64,000 nucleotides of DNA from positions 82,321 through 146,320 of the forward strand of contig CAZQVF010000002.1 in the NCBI GenBank assembly GCA_964596735.1, given 5' to 3'. How positions within the stretch are numbered: the stretch's first letter is position 1; every line of letters starts with the position of its first letter. The translations under genes were made by a program, and so were the position numbers. The DNA is from an uncultured Gammaproteobacteria bacterium. GTDB lineage: Bacteria; Patescibacteriota; Patescibacteriia; UBA2591; UBA6264. Positions 10,253-21,038 of this stretch are shown here, one piece after another. The notes beneath the pieces were generated by a model. That model searched no databases and was not told the DNA's origin. It worked only from the letters and a program-made list of their open reading frames with translations.

Positions 10253-11404
10253 ATGCCTCAAACCTATATTTCCCCCCACAATAAAATCGCTTATTTATTT
10301 CTTTTATTAACTGCTTTGATTTTTCTTGGATTGATTCTGGGAACTTTAAGCGGGGCTTATGGAGCTCAAATTATTGTTACCCCTGTTCCTGAGGAGGTTG
10401 ATGTCAATTTTGAAGCTAAAATTGATAAAACACAAGAAAACTTAACTGATTCAGAAGAATCACTTATTTTAGTTGGTCAGGTTTTTGAAAATATTCAAGA
10501 AGGACTGGAAAAAGCTGTTCCTCAAGCCACTGTTTCCATGGAGGATTATGCAGAAGGAGAAATTACTTTAATTAACAATACCTGGTCTCCAATAAATTTT
10601 GTGGCTAGTACTCGCTTTGCCTCACCCGAAGGATTAATCTTCCGAGCCGTTGAACGCATTAGAATTGCCCCAAAAGGTGAAACAACTATTTTGGTCCGGG
10701 CTGATAAAATGGGAGAGGATTATGAAATAGATCCCACTCAATTTACTATTCCTAATTTACGTGATCCTAATTTAAAAAGTAATATTATTGCTGAGAGTAA
10801 AGAAAAAATGAGTGGCGGAATTAAAAAAGCGGGTATTGTTATGCAGGCTGATATTGACCAAGTTAAAAAAGCTCTTAAAGATAAACTTTATCAAGATGCT
10901 TTGCAAGAAATTGAAAAAGAGCTTTCTGCGGCTGACTTAAAAATTGTTGTTCACTCACAAGTGATTGACGAACAAATTAATGCTCAGGCCGGAGACGAAA
11001 AAACTGAATTTACTGTTTTTGAAAAAATAAAAATTGGAGCTGTCGCTTTTAATGAAGATGTGCTTTTAGACATAGCTTTAAATGCTCTGCGCCAAGCTAT
11101 TCCTCCTGGGAAAGAATTGACTGCTTATGAGCCAGATGGTTTATCTTATCGTTTAATTGAATATGATTCTGAGCAAGATAAAGCCATTTTAGAGGTTCAG
11201 TTTCGCGGTTACATGGTAATCAATGAAGAAAGTGATATTTTAGACAAAACTCTTTTCCGTGGTTTAAGTCCTGAGGAAATTGAAAACTATCTTAAAGACT
11301 TTAAAGAGATTAAACAGGTTCAAGTTAAGTTCTGGCCTCCCTTTATTTTAAAAAAAGCACCAGAGACAATAAATAAAATAAAAATAAAAATTAACAGAAA
11401 ATAG
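10253..11404 (+). CDS. Membrane-anchored hypothetical protein (baseplate-J-like domain, CPR type)
   Basis: N-terminal TM; AEGEITLINN...TRFASPEGLIFR...VRADKMGEDYEI...FTIP. Confidence 0.6.
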   Translation: MPQTYISPHNKIAYLFLLLTALIFLGLILGTLSGAYGAQIIVTPVPEEVDVNFEAKIDKTQENLTDSEESLILVGQVFENIQEGLEKAVPQATVSMEDYAEGEITLINNTWSPINFVASTRFASPEGLIFRAVERIRIAPKGETTILVRADKMGEDYEIDPTQFTIPNLRDPNLKSNIIAESKEKMSGGIKKAGIVMQADIDQVKKALKDKLYQDALQEIEKELSAADLKIVVHSQVIDEQINAQAGDEKTEFTVFEKIKIGAVAFNEDVLLDIALNALRQAIPPGKELTAYEPDGLSYRLIEYDSEQDKAILEVQFRGYMVINEESDILDKTLFRGLSPEEIENYLKDFKEIKQVQVKFWPPFILKKAPETINKIKIKINRK

Positions 11405-11416
11405 AAATATTTGTTT

Positions 11417-13210
11417 ATGAAAAAAATACCTTTAGAAATCCTTCGTCACTCAACCAGTCATTTAATGGCCGCGGCTGTTTTAGAATTATTTCCCCAGGCC
11501 AAGTTTGGCATTGGTCCGGTAATTGCCAATGGTTTTTATTATGATTTTGACATAAAAGAAAGATTAACTCCTCAAGATTTGAATAAAATTGAAAAAAAAA
11601 TGAGGCAGTTGGCTAAAAAGAATTTAAAATTTGTTAAAAAAGAAATGACCATTGACCAAGCCATAAAGCTTTTTCAAAAATTAAAACAACCCTATAAAGT
11701 AGAGCTCTTGAAAGAAATAAAAGAACGCGGAACCACTGAAATGAAAGAACTTGTTGAAAAAACAATAAAACAAAAAACAAACAAAGTAACTATTTATGAA
11801 TTAGGTAATTTTGTTGACCTTTGTCGTGGTCCTCATGTCAGTTCCACTGGACAGTTAGGTGCCTATAAATTAAATAAAATTGCCGGGGCTTATTGGCGGG
11901 GTGATGAAAAAAATAAAATGCTTCAGAGGGTTTATGGCCTGGCTTTTTCTCAACAAAAAGAATTAGATGAATTTTTAAAACTTCAAGAACGAGCTGAAAA
12001 AAGAGATCATCGAAAATTAGGCCAAGAATTAGATTTATTTCAAATTAACGAAGATGTTGGCCCAGGGCTAATTCTTTGGCACCCCAAAGGAGCCACTTTA
12101 AAAAGAACTATTGAAAATTATGTTTTAGATGAATATATTAAAAATGGTTATCAAATAGTTAGCACACCTCATTTAGCTAAATTAAATCTTTGGAAAATAT
12201 CTGGTCATGATGATTTTTACAAAGAAAATATGTTTCCAGGCATGTCTATAAAGGAACTGGATAGAGAAGAGAAAGAAGATTATCAAGTAAAGCCAATGAA
12301 TTGTCCATTTCATATTGCTATTTATCAAAATACCATCAAAAGTTATCGTGATCTTCCTTTGCGTTATACAGAATTAGGCACGGTTTATCGTTATGAGAAC
12401 TCAGGAGTTTTACATGGTTTAACCCGGGTTCGAGGCTTTACTCAAGACGACGCTCATATTTTTTGCACCCCTGAACAGCTTGATAAAGAAATAGAAACTA
12501 CAGTTAAGTTTGCTATAAAAATATTAAAAACATTTAGTTTTAAAGAATATAGCGTTTATCTTTCTACTCAGCCAAAAAAATTTGTTGGCACTCAAACTAA
12601 TTGGAAAGAATCAACCAGCGCTTTGGAAAAAGCTTTGAAAAAATTCAAAATTAAATATGAAATTGATTTAGCCGGTGGTGTTTTTTATGGACCAAAAATT
12701 GATATTAAGATAAAAGATAGTTTGGGTCGGGGTTGGCAATGCACTACCATTCAAGTTGATTTTAATTTACCAGAAAAATTTGATGTCACTTATGTTGACA
12801 ACAAAGGAAAGAAACAGCAACCAATTATGATTCATCGAGCTCTTTTGGGCTCATTAGAAAGATTTATTGGTGTTTTAATTGAACACTATGCTGGGGATTT
12901 TCCTGTTTGGCTCTCCCCTATTCAAGTTTATTTAACTCCGGTTGGTAAGGCTCATTCTTCTGTAGCGAAAAAATTATCTCAGGAATTAGAAGAATTAGGA
13001 ATTAAAACAGAAGTTGATATTCTTAATGAAACTATTTCTTATAAGGTAAGGAAGGCGGAAAAACAAAAAATTCCCTATATCTTAGTCATCGGTGACAAAG
13101 AAGCTAAGGGAAAAACCTTGAATGTAAGAATGAAAGGAAATGTGGTTAAAAAAATGACCAAGAAACAATTTTTTGATAAAATACTAAAAGAAATCAAGGA
13201 TAAAAAATAA
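11417..13210 (+). CDS. thrS: Threonine--tRNA ligase
   Basis: RHSTSHLMA, DLCRGPH, RDHRKLG, KPMNCP, RVRGFTQDDAH, FYGPKID, IHRALLGS. Confidence 0.98.
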   Translation: MKKIPLEILRHSTSHLMAAAVLELFPQAKFGIGPVIANGFYYDFDIKERLTPQDLNKIEKKMRQLAKKNLKFVKKEMTIDQAIKLFQKLKQPYKVELLKEIKERGTTEMKELVEKTIKQKTNKVTIYELGNFVDLCRGPHVSSTGQLGAYKLNKIAGAYWRGDEKNKMLQRVYGLAFSQQKELDEFLKLQERAEKRDHRKLGQELDLFQINEDVGPGLILWHPKGATLKRTIENYVLDEYIKNGYQIVSTPHLAKLNLWKISGHDDFYKENMFPGMSIKELDREEKEDYQVKPMNCPFHIAIYQNTIKSYRDLPLRYTELGTVYRYENSGVLHGLTRVRGFTQDDAHIFCTPEQLDKEIETTVKFAIKILKTFSFKEYSVYLSTQPKKFVGTQTNWKESTSALEKALKKFKIKYEIDLAGGVFYGPKIDIKIKDSLGRGWQCTTIQVDFNLPEKFDVTYVDNKGKKQQPIMIHRALLGSLERFIGVLIEHYAGDFPVWLSPIQVYLTPVGKAHSSVAKKLSQELEELGIKTEVDILNETISYKVRKAEKQKIPYILVIGDKEAKGKTLNVRMKGNVVKKMTKKQFFDKILKEIKDKK

Positions 13211-13276
13211 GAACCTGCTTTGCAGAACCTTGAAATTAAATATCATTGTATATATAGTAAAGTAATTTAATTATAA
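13207..13276 (+). repeat. Dispersed intergenic repeat, copy 4
   Basis: ATAAGAACCTGC-ttt-GCAGAACCTTGAAATTAAAT-N23-ATTTAATTATAA; begins on the thrS stop and contains TTGAAA-17-TATAGT. Confidence 0.9.
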
Positions 13277-13300
13277 ATAATTATTTTGATTATAAAAATT

Positions 13301-16300
13301 ATGAAAAAAACAACAAAATTATTCATTTTAGGCCTAGTTCTTGGGCTTTTTGTTTTGCCTGGAATAAAGGTCATGGCCCAAGAAACAAATGAAGAACAGC
13401 CTGTTGCTGTCCCAATAAGCGAAGAAACAGCGACCGGATCTGTTGAAGTCTCAGACGATGTTCTCTTAGATGAAGATATTATGGCTGAGGATTTAGACGT
13501 TAATGAACAAAGGCTTTTACCCACTAGTCCATATTATCCGGTTAAAACTATTTGGCGTGGCTTTCGCTCAATTATTACTTTTGATCCAGTAAAAAAAGCT
13601 GAGCTTAATCTTCGTTATGCTAATGAAAAATTAATTGAAGCAAAAAGAGTGGCTGAAGAAAAAGACAAGCCAAAAGTTGTTGCTAAAGCCTTAGAAAGAT
13701 ATAAAAAGGATTTAGAAGATGTTTCTAAAATAGTTGAAAAATCTTCAGAAGAAATTAGAACTGGGGCAGAAAATTTTGCGGAAAGAATGATTGATTATTC
13801 ATTTAAACAGCAAAAGCTAATTGATGGAATTGAAAAAAGGCTTACTCCAGAACAGTTTGAAAGGGTAAACATGGTTAGAGAAGACGGCCTTGACTATTTT
13901 AGTCATGTTGTTACTAATCTTGTTCCTCCAGAAGAAATTAAAGATAAAATCACCAATGTGATTGAAACACAAGCAGGCAGTGAATTTAAAGATTTTAAAA
14001 ACATAGAAGTTTTAAAAATCATTGAAGAAAAAATTCCTGAACAGGCCAAACAAGCTATTCAGCAGGCTCGAGAAAATACAGTCCAACGTTTACAAGAAAA
14101 AATGACAGACATGGTTGAGGTGGAAAGAAAAAAGTTTAAAGAATATGTTGAAGATGTCGGTGGTAATGAAATAAGGCATTTAGAAATTATTAATGATTTT
14201 GCCTATGAACAAATACCTGAATTTCTTCATCAGGAAATGGAAATAGCCAAAGACAAAGCCATGGAAAGAATTGAGAATAAGATGCAAGAATTTAAAAGAG
14301 AAGACCAAAAAAGAGAATTCCTCCGTCATTTAGAAGACGGTAAAATGGAGGATCTAAGAATTATTAAAGAATTGGAAAACAATTTAGCTCCAGAAACTAT
14401 TGAAAAAGTTCTTGAAATTAAAAATGCTGCTCTGGATAACTTTAGAGAGGAATTTGAAGAATTAGAGGGCGATGAAGAACAAGGAAAATTCTTAGACAAA
14501 ATGGAAAAACTCCATGATGTTAAACAATTAGAAATCTTTAAAGAAATTGAACAGGTTATTCCTCAAGATAAAAAAGATTTTTTTGAACAAATGAAACATA
14601 AGGCCATGGATGAAATGAGAAAAGAAATGGATCAGGCTAGAAATGAACGTGATAGAGCCATGATTATGGACAGACTAGTCGGTGATATGCCAGAACATAT
14701 TGAAATCATTAAAGGGTTTGCTCCACCAGAAATGATGGATGAAATGCTAAGAAAACAAGCCGATAATGTGAGAGAAAAACTTTTAAGAATAGATGACATA
14801 GAAAAGATGCAACACTTAAGGAACAGAATTGATGATACTGCTATTAGAGAGGAGCTGGAAAGAAGGGCGCCTGATATTTTCCAACAAGTGGATAGGAGAA
14901 TTGAAAACAGGTTTGAAGAAATTAGCAAAGAAAAGGCAATGGAAAAGTTAGAAAAAGCTAAAGATGAAATTAATCAAGCAGGGAAAAATTTTAAAGAATT
15001 TTTAGAAAAAGAAGGAATAGGAGAATATTTAAAGAACTCCCCTGCTCCCCAACATCTTGAAAACGCTAAGAAACATCTCCAAGAAGCTAAAACCGCTTTT
15101 GATCAAGAAAAATATGGCCACGCTCTTGGTCAGGTAAATGCTGCTTTTAATCAATTAAATTATGTTTGGCGCTTTGTTAAAGAGTTTGAATTAAAACATG
15201 AAGTGGCTCATAAGAGATTTGAAGAGATGGAAGAAACCATGGAAGACATGGTTGGTGACTTTTTAGAATTTGAGGTAATGGAAATGGAATCTGAGGAAAT
15301 GCCAATGGAAGACAAAAAAGCTTTGAATAAAATGATAAAACAAGTTAAAGAAGGAGATATGGAACAAGCTTGGGACGAATACAGGGAAAAAATGGAACAA
15401 AGACATGTTGAAGAGAAGGGCGAAATAGAAGAAGTAGAATTACCTTATGAAGAAATGAATCTTTCTAATGAACAAATAGAAAAAATCAAAGAAGCAACCA
15501 GAATTTTACCATGGGAAATTAAGCAAAAATTGCAAAACCTTCCTCCTGAAATGATTATTGAGGCAACAGAACAAATAAGAGGTAAAATACGGGCTGTTCC
15601 TGAAACAACCACAGAAAGAGTTAGGGAGAGAATTGAACAAAGAATTGAGAATAGAGGAGATCCAACTGGCCTGGCTAATCCTGCTTCTGAATTTTGTATA
15701 AAAAAAGGCGGTAAATTAGAAATTAGAACAAACGATAGTGGTGGACAATTTGGCATTTGTCATTTCCCCAACGGCACTGAATGTGAAGAATGGGCTCTTT
15801 ATAAAGGAACTTGTTTATCTGAAGACCTTAAAAAAGAACCATTGCCCTCACAAACAAGAGAAGACTGTCAACATGTGTGTAAAAACCATGGCACTCGATC
15901 TGAAGGTTGGTATGATTCTTGTACTGGAAGACTAATTGAATATGCTAAATGCGCTGGGCGCACTACTTCCGGTTCTGACTATGGTGTGCCATCTGTTTCT
16001 TCTGAAGATGTGCCTTCAACAAATTTAGATTCATCAAACATTGCCTGTCCCTCATGGGCGCCACCGGCTCCTGACTGGTGTAAGGACGGCCAACAGGTTT
16101 CTGGTGGAATCGGTCAAAACGGTTGTAAATTACCGCCTAAATGTCTTCGCGCCATTGAAGATTTGCCTTCCCCAACTGAGCCAGCTTGTATTCAAGTAAT
16201 TACTTATGCAATTAGTGGCGATCTTTGTAAGGCCTTTCCCACTCCCTGTGATGTTCCAAGTGCCTGGAGAAAGGTAGATAAATGTCCGGAAAAGACATTA

Positions 16301-16483
16301 GAAACACCAACCAAAATTATACCGACAAGGATTATCCAACAAGAAACAGGAACAAATGAATCATATATGGAACCCAAACCGATAAGAATGGAAGAAACAA
16401 AACAATTTGAAGGAACGAAGGCCCCTGAAGGTTCTCTTGGAAAGCCGTCTTTATTTGAAAAGGTAAAGGGATTGTTCCAATAG
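13301..16483 (+). CDS. Secreted protein: DUF5667-like N-terminus, long helical region, DUF333 and small Cys-rich domains
   Basis: Signal peptide; LLPTSPYYPVKTIW..DPVKKAEL..ANEKLIEA; GLANPASEFCIKKGG..GICHFPNGTECEEWALYKGTC; CIQVITYA..CKAFPTPCDVP. Confidence 0.75.
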   Translation: MKKTTKLFILGLVLGLFVLPGIKVMAQETNEEQPVAVPISEETATGSVEVSDDVLLDEDIMAEDLDVNEQRLLPTSPYYPVKTIWRGFRSIITFDPVKKAELNLRYANEKLIEAKRVAEEKDKPKVVAKALERYKKDLEDVSKIVEKSSEEIRTGAENFAERMIDYSFKQQKLIDGIEKRLTPEQFERVNMVREDGLDYFSHVVTNLVPPEEIKDKITNVIETQAGSEFKDFKNIEVLKIIEEKIPEQAKQAIQQARENTVQRLQEKMTDMVEVERKKFKEYVEDVGGNEIRHLEIINDFAYEQIPEFLHQEMEIAKDKAMERIENKMQEFKREDQKREFLRHLEDGKMEDLRIIKELENNLAPETIEKVLEIKNAALDNFREEFEELEGDEEQGKFLDKMEKLHDVKQLEIFKEIEQVIPQDKKDFFEQMKHKAMDEMRKEMDQARNERDRAMIMDRLVGDMPEHIEIIKGFAPPEMMDEMLRKQADNVREKLLRIDDIEKMQHLRNRIDDTAIREELERRAPDIFQQVDRRIENRFEEISKEKAMEKLEKAKDEINQAGKNFKEFLEKEGIGEYLKNSPAPQHLENAKKHLQEAKTAFDQEKYGHALGQVNAAFNQLNYVWRFVKEFELKHEVAHKRFEEMEETMEDMVGDFLEFEVMEMESEEMPMEDKKALNKMIKQVKEGDMEQAWDEYREKMEQRHVEEKGEIEEVELPYEEMNLSNEQIEKIKEATRILPWEIKQKLQNLPPEMIIEATEQIRGKIRAVPETTTERVRERIEQRIENRGDPTGLANPASEFCIKKGGKLEIRTNDSGGQFGICHFPNGTECEEWALYKGTCLSEDLKKEPLPSQTREDCQHVCKNHGTRSEGWYDSCTGRLIEYAKCAGRTTSGSDYGVPSVSSEDVPSTNLDSSNIACPSWAPPAPDWCKDGQQVSGGIGQNGCKLPPKCLRAIEDLPSPTEPACIQVITYAISGDLCKAFPTPCDVPSAWRKVDKCPEKTLETPTKIIPTRIIQQETGTNESYMEPKPIRMEETKQFEGTKAPEGSLGKPSLFEKVKGLFQ

Positions 16484-16502
16484 AAATAATAATCAATTAC
16501 TT

Positions 16503-16529
16503 AAAAAGGGGCTGATTAGCCCCTTTTTA
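16503..16529 (+). terminator. Intrinsic terminator
   Basis: AAAAAGGGGCT-gatt-AGCCCCTTTTT. Confidence 0.85.
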
Positions 16530-16573
16530 TATCAAAGATTGAAAAATATTTTAAATTAGAGAAGATAAGTCTT

Positions 16574-17845
16574 ATGAATTACCACTTAATCACTTTTGGC
16601 TGTCAAATGAATAAATCTGATAGTGAGAGAATTGCCTCTGTTTTGGAAAACATGGGCTATCAACCTGTAAATAAATCTGCCCAGGCTGACTTAATCATTG
16701 TTAATATGTGTTCTGTGCGCCAATCAGCCGTTGATAGGGTTTATGGTTTGGGAAGAAAGTTTACTGAACTTAAAAAACAAAATCCAAACTTAAAAACAGC
16801 TTTGACTGGTTGTGTCTTATTACCAGATAAGACCAAGCTAAAAAAGCAATTTGACTTAATTTTTGATATTAAAAATCTCACCAAGCTTTCTAATATGCTC
16901 TGTTATCCTCTTATTATCCCTCGATCCAATGCTTTGGAATATTTTTCTGTCTTTCCAGATTCAGATTCTCTTGTCACTGCCTATGTTCCTATTATGACTG
17001 GCTGTAATAATTTTTGCGCCTATTGCGTGGTTCCTTATGTTAGAGGAGAAGAAAATAGCCGACCAGCCCAGGAAATCATCGAGGAGGTGAAAAAATTAAT
17101 TAAAAAAGAGTATAAGGAAATAATTCTTTTGGGTCAAAATGTTAATTCATATAAAGATAAAAATACTAATTTTCCTCAATTACTTAAACTAATTAATGAT
17201 TTGCCAGGGGGGTTTTGGTTGCGTTTTATTACTTCTCATCCAAAAGATTTATCTGATGAATTAATTGAAACAATGGCTAAGTCAGAAAAAATCACTGAAT
17301 ATTTACACTTACCAGTTCAGGCCGGGGATAATCAAATACTTAAAAAAATGAATCGCGGTTATAGTGTTGACCAATACAAAAATTTAATTGAAAAAATTAG
17401 AAAAAGAATAAAAAATATCAGTATTTCTACTGATATTATTGTTGGTTTTCCCGGGGAAACAAAAAAACAGTTTAAACAAACAGCTAAATTAATGAAATGG
17501 GTTAAATTTGATATGGTTTATACGGCCCAATACTCTCCTCGCCCAATGACGGCTGCCTCTAAATTAAAAGATGATGTTATTAAAAAAGAAAAAAGAAGAA
17601 GAGAACAAATTTTAACTAAAATTTTAAAAAAGACCGCCCTAAAGAATAATAGAAAATATATTAACAAAACAGTTGAAGTTTTAATTGAACAAAAAACAAA
17701 AAATGATTTTTACTTAGGTAAAGCTAGAACCTTTAAAAATGTAAAAATAAAAGACCCTAAAGGATCTTTAAAAATTGGTCAATTTATTAAAACAAAAATT
17801 ATTAAAGCGACGCCCTGGGGGCTTGAAGGTCGGATCGAGAAATAA
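16574..17845 (+). CDS. miaB: tRNA methylthiotransferase MiaB (radical SAM, TRAM domain)
   Basis: TFGCQMNKSDSE, NMCSVR, GCNNFCAYCVVP, TDIIVGFPGET; miaA nearby. Confidence 0.92.
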   Translation: MNYHLITFGCQMNKSDSERIASVLENMGYQPVNKSAQADLIIVNMCSVRQSAVDRVYGLGRKFTELKKQNPNLKTALTGCVLLPDKTKLKKQFDLIFDIKNLTKLSNMLCYPLIIPRSNALEYFSVFPDSDSLVTAYVPIMTGCNNFCAYCVVPYVRGEENSRPAQEIIEEVKKLIKKEYKEIILLGQNVNSYKDKNTNFPQLLKLINDLPGGFWLRFITSHPKDLSDELIETMAKSEKITEYLHLPVQAGDNQILKKMNRGYSVDQYKNLIEKIRKRIKNISISTDIIVGFPGETKKQFKQTAKLMKWVKFDMVYTAQYSPRPMTAASKLKDDVIKKEKRRREQILTKILKKTALKNNRKYINKTVEVLIEQKTKNDFYLGKARTFKNVKIKDPKGSLKIGQFIKTKIIKATPWGLEGRIEK

Positions 17846-18557
17846 ACTTAATTTTCTTAAATATTAGGAAGTAAACAACAATTAAAAGAATGGCCAAAGG
17901 AATTAAGTTCCACCACCAGTCAAATCTAACAATAGTGTTATAAAGGCCATGGAAAAGAATGGCAATAACAACTCCCCTAAAAATAATTAGTTTTGGTCTT
18001 TTTACAGAATTGAACTTGACTAAACCTAAATGATAGCCAATAATACCACCAGCAAGAAAATGCATAAATGTACTTGTAAAGCCTCTTAATAAAATAGTAG
18101 AAGCCCCTATCATTAAATCGCCGACTAAAAACCCATAAAGTAGATTTTCAACAAAAGCCAAGCCTAAACCCAAGACCATTCCATAAACAAAACCATCTCT
18201 TAATTCATCAAAATGCACTGATTGATAAGTTCTATATCTTAAAACCAAGTATTTGCTTGTTTCTTCAATAAAACCATCAATTAAAAAGGATAAAATTATA
18301 ATAAGGGCAATTGAACCAAACCAAGAAGTGTCCTGGACTAAACGCGTTAAATAACCAGCTAAAGGGATGATTGGAATGGTAATTAAACATCCCCAAAGAA
18401 AAGTTTTAAAAATCTGCAAACCTGGTTCAGGAGCGGCCTTATCAAGCCTTAGACAAATAAAAAGCCAAAGCAATGTCGGGCCAGCGCTCAATAATAAAAA
18501 GATAACAGAATTCTGCCAATTGGCTTGTTCAATTAAATATTCAAATAAATATCCCAT
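17802..18557 (-). CDS. PrsW-family intramembrane metalloprotease
   Basis: IEETSK, DGFVYG..GLGLAFVEN, MHFL, FHGLYN. Confidence 0.88.
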   Translation of the reverse strand: MGYLFEYLIEQANWQNSVIFLLLSAGPTLLWLFICLRLDKAAPEPGLQIFKTFLWGCLITIPIIPLAGYLTRLVQDTSWFGSIALIIILSFLIDGFIEETSKYLVLRYRTYQSVHFDELRDGFVYGMVLGLGLAFVENLLYGFLVGDLMIGASTILLRGFTSTFMHFLAGGIIGYHLGLVKFNSVKRPKLIIFRGVVIAILFHGLYNTIVRFDWWWNLIPLAILLIVVYFLIFKKIKFISRSDLQAPRASL

Positions 18558-18564
18558 TTCTATA

Positions 18565-18623
18565 TTATAAGCAAAGCTTGAAATTAAATTATTATATATA
18601 GAATTAATGTAATTTAATTATAG
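18565..18623 (+). repeat. Dispersed intergenic repeat, short form, copy 5
   Basis: ATTATAAG-caaag-CTTGAAATTAAAT-N22-ATTTAATTATAG. Confidence 0.8.
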
Positions 18624-18633
18624 CATAAAAATT

Positions 18634-19539
18634 ATGCCTGAAAAGCGAAAATTGGTTGTTATTTGTGGACCAACTGCCTGTGGAAAAACAGGTTTATCAT
18701 TAGAATTGGCTCAAAAATATAACGGGGAAATAATCGCCGCTGACAGTCGGACTATTTACCAAGATATGAATATTGGCACAGCCAAGCCCTCTTTAGAAGA
18801 ACGTTTAAAAATCCCTCATTATTTAATTGACGTTGTTCAGCTTGATCAAGAATTCACTGTGGCTCAATTTAAACAACGAGCCTTAGGTGTTATTTACGAG
18901 ATTCTCCGCCGATATAAGGTGCCTTTTTTAGTTGGGGGCACTGGCCTATATATCAGCTCTATTGTTAATAACTTAGATATCCCTTCTATTCCTCCTGATC
19001 AGAAATTAAGAAAAAAACTGGAAAAAAAGATTGTTAAACACGGTCTTGATTATCTTTGGCAAAAATTAATAAAATTAGATCCAGACGCAGCTGGTTTTGT
19101 TCAAAAACAAAATCCCCGCCGTGTTATTAGAGCTTTAGAGGTTTGTTTAAAAGCAAAAAAACCTTTTTCCCAGTTGCGCCAGAAAAAACAATGTTTGTTT
19201 AATGTCTTACAAATTGGCATTAAACTAAGCAAAAAAGAACTGATTCAAAGAATTGATCAACGCACCGAACAAATGATTAAACAAGGACTAGTTGAAGAGG
19301 TTAAAGAATTGGTTAAAAAATATCCCTCTGATGTTTTGGCTTTGGATACTATTGGTTATCAAGAAATTATATCCTATCTACAAAATAAAATTAGATTAGA
19401 TGAGGCGGTTGATTTAATTAAAAAAAATACGTGGCAGTATGCCCGACGCCAAATGACTTGGTTTAAAAAAGATAAAACTATTAAATGGATTGAAAATACT
19501 GAAGAAGCAGAAAAACTAGTTAAAGATTTTTTAATCTAA
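18634..19539 (+). CDS. miaA: tRNA dimethylallyltransferase
   Basis: GPTACGKT, ADSRTIYQDMNIGTAKP, VGGTGLY, YARRQMTWF. Confidence 0.96.
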   Translation: MPEKRKLVVICGPTACGKTGLSLELAQKYNGEIIAADSRTIYQDMNIGTAKPSLEERLKIPHYLIDVVQLDQEFTVAQFKQRALGVIYEILRRYKVPFLVGGTGLYISSIVNNLDIPSIPPDQKLRKKLEKKIVKHGLDYLWQKLIKLDPDAAGFVQKQNPRRVIRALEVCLKAKKPFSQLRQKKQCLFNVLQIGIKLSKKELIQRIDQRTEQMIKQGLVEEVKELVKKYPSDVLALDTIGYQEIISYLQNKIRLDEAVDLIKKNTWQYARRQMTWFKKDKTIKWIENTEEAEKLVKDFLI

Positions 19540-21029
19540 TTTTTTAATTCTTTTTCTAATAATTCCTGAACTGTATTTGGCTCAGCTTGTCCCTGAGTCT
19601 TTTTCATTACTTGGCCAACTAAATATTTTATTACATTGGTTTTTCCTTTTTTTATTTTTTCGACTATTTCTGGATTATCTTCAATTACCTTTAAGATAAT
19701 TTTTCCTAAATCTAATTTATCTTCTGCTGTTTTAAAATCATATTCTTTTAAGACCCTATCCACATCTTTTTCAGTAACATACATTTTTTCTAAAACTTGT
19801 TGACCTAAATTATCAGTAAGTTTTTTTTCATACATTAGAATAATAAACTCAGCAAAATTCTCTGGAGTGATTTTAAAATCAAGCTCTTGGCTCTTTTTTT
19901 GCAAAACAAGCAAATTATTAATTAACCACTTTAATAGTAATTTAATGAATTTACCTCTATTATTCTGCCAAATTTCTTGTTCTGACCCTTCAACTGTTTC
20001 TAAAGATATGAGCCAGGCTTTAAGTTCAGAAATAACTTTTTCAACATAAGCCGCTCTTTTCTTGGTTTCCGTTAAAAGTCCTGCTTCTGAGGTACCAAAC
20101 CCATACTCTTCAATAAAACGTTCTCTTTTCTTCATTGGCAATTCAGGTAAATCTTTTTTTAAAAGCTCTAAATCAATTCCCTGCTTTTTAAAGGTGTTTT
20201 TATCAAGAGGTGGTAGATCTGGTTCTGGGAAATATCGATAATCTTTTTCCTCTTCTTTGCCTCTTTGTTCAACTGTTTTACGGCCATCCCAGCCCTGGGT
20301 TGTTTGATATTTTGGTGGACTACCCTTATCCCACAATTCTTGTTGGCGAATTATCTCATAAGACAAGGCTTTTTCCACTGCTTTAAAAGAATTAAGATTT
20401 TTAATTTCTGTTTTTGGATAAAGTTTTTTATCATTCCTTGGCCTTATAGAAATATTGGCGTCGCAGCGTAATTGTCCTTTTTCCATGTCTGCATCAGAAA
20501 TTTCCAAATACCTAACAATCTTTTGTAATTCCTCAAGAAAAACTTTGGCGTGTGTTGCATTTTTAATCTCAGGATTTGTAACAATTTCTACCAATGGAAC
20601 ACCAGCTCGATTAAAATCAACTAAACTAGACTCATTCTGATGAAAAAGTTTAGCCGTGTCTTCTTCTAAGTGGATTCGTTCTAAATGAACATCTCCTGAA
20701 TTAGTATGTACTACGCCTCCTTTAATTAAAGGCAATTGATACTGACTGATTTGATATCCTTTAGGTAAGTCTGGGTAAAAATAGTTTTTGCGGTCAAAAC
20801 AACAATTTTCAGCCACTTCTCCGTCTAAGGCTAAACCAAGTTTTAAAGCTTTAATAATTACTTCTTTGTTTAAAACTGGTAAAACACCAGGGTGACCCAT
20901 GCAAATAGGACAAATATTTAAATTAGGCTTATCTGTTTCTTGGTTAGGGCAACTACAAAAAAACTTACTTTTTGTTTTAAGCTCTAAATGAATTTCTAAA
21001 CCAATGATTGTTTCGTAATCTTTTGTCAT
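19536..21029 (-). CDS. gatB: Asp/Glu-tRNA amidotransferase subunit B
   Basis: IGLEIH, FDRKNYFYPDLPKGYQISQ, DFNRAGVPLVEIV, LRCDANIS, DYRYFPEPDL. Confidence 0.97.
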   Translation of the reverse strand: MTKDYETIIGLEIHLELKTKSKFFCSCPNQETDKPNLNICPICMGHPGVLPVLNKEVIIKALKLGLALDGEVAENCCFDRKNYFYPDLPKGYQISQYQLPLIKGGVVHTNSGDVHLERIHLEEDTAKLFHQNESSLVDFNRAGVPLVEIVTNPEIKNATHAKVFLEELQKIVRYLEISDADMEKGQLRCDANISIRPRNDKKLYPKTEIKNLNSFKAVEKALSYEIIRQQELWDKGSPPKYQTTQGWDGRKTVEQRGKEEEKDYRYFPEPDLPPLDKNTFKKQGIDLELLKKDLPELPMKKRERFIEEYGFGTSEAGLLTETKKRAAYVEKVISELKAWLISLETVEGSEQEIWQNNRGKFIKLLLKWLINNLLVLQKKSQELDFKITPENFAEFIILMYEKKLTDNLGQQVLEKMYVTEKDVDRVLKEYDFKTAEDKLDLGKIILKVIEDNPEIVEKIKKGKTNVIKYLVGQVMKKTQGQAEPNTVQELLEKELKN

Positions 21030-21038
21030 AATGTAATA

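Noticed and set aside
10253-11404. Baseplate-J-like protein as evidence of a prophage
   Set aside because: It is membrane-anchored, lies between dnaE and thrS, and has no neighbouring phage structural genes.
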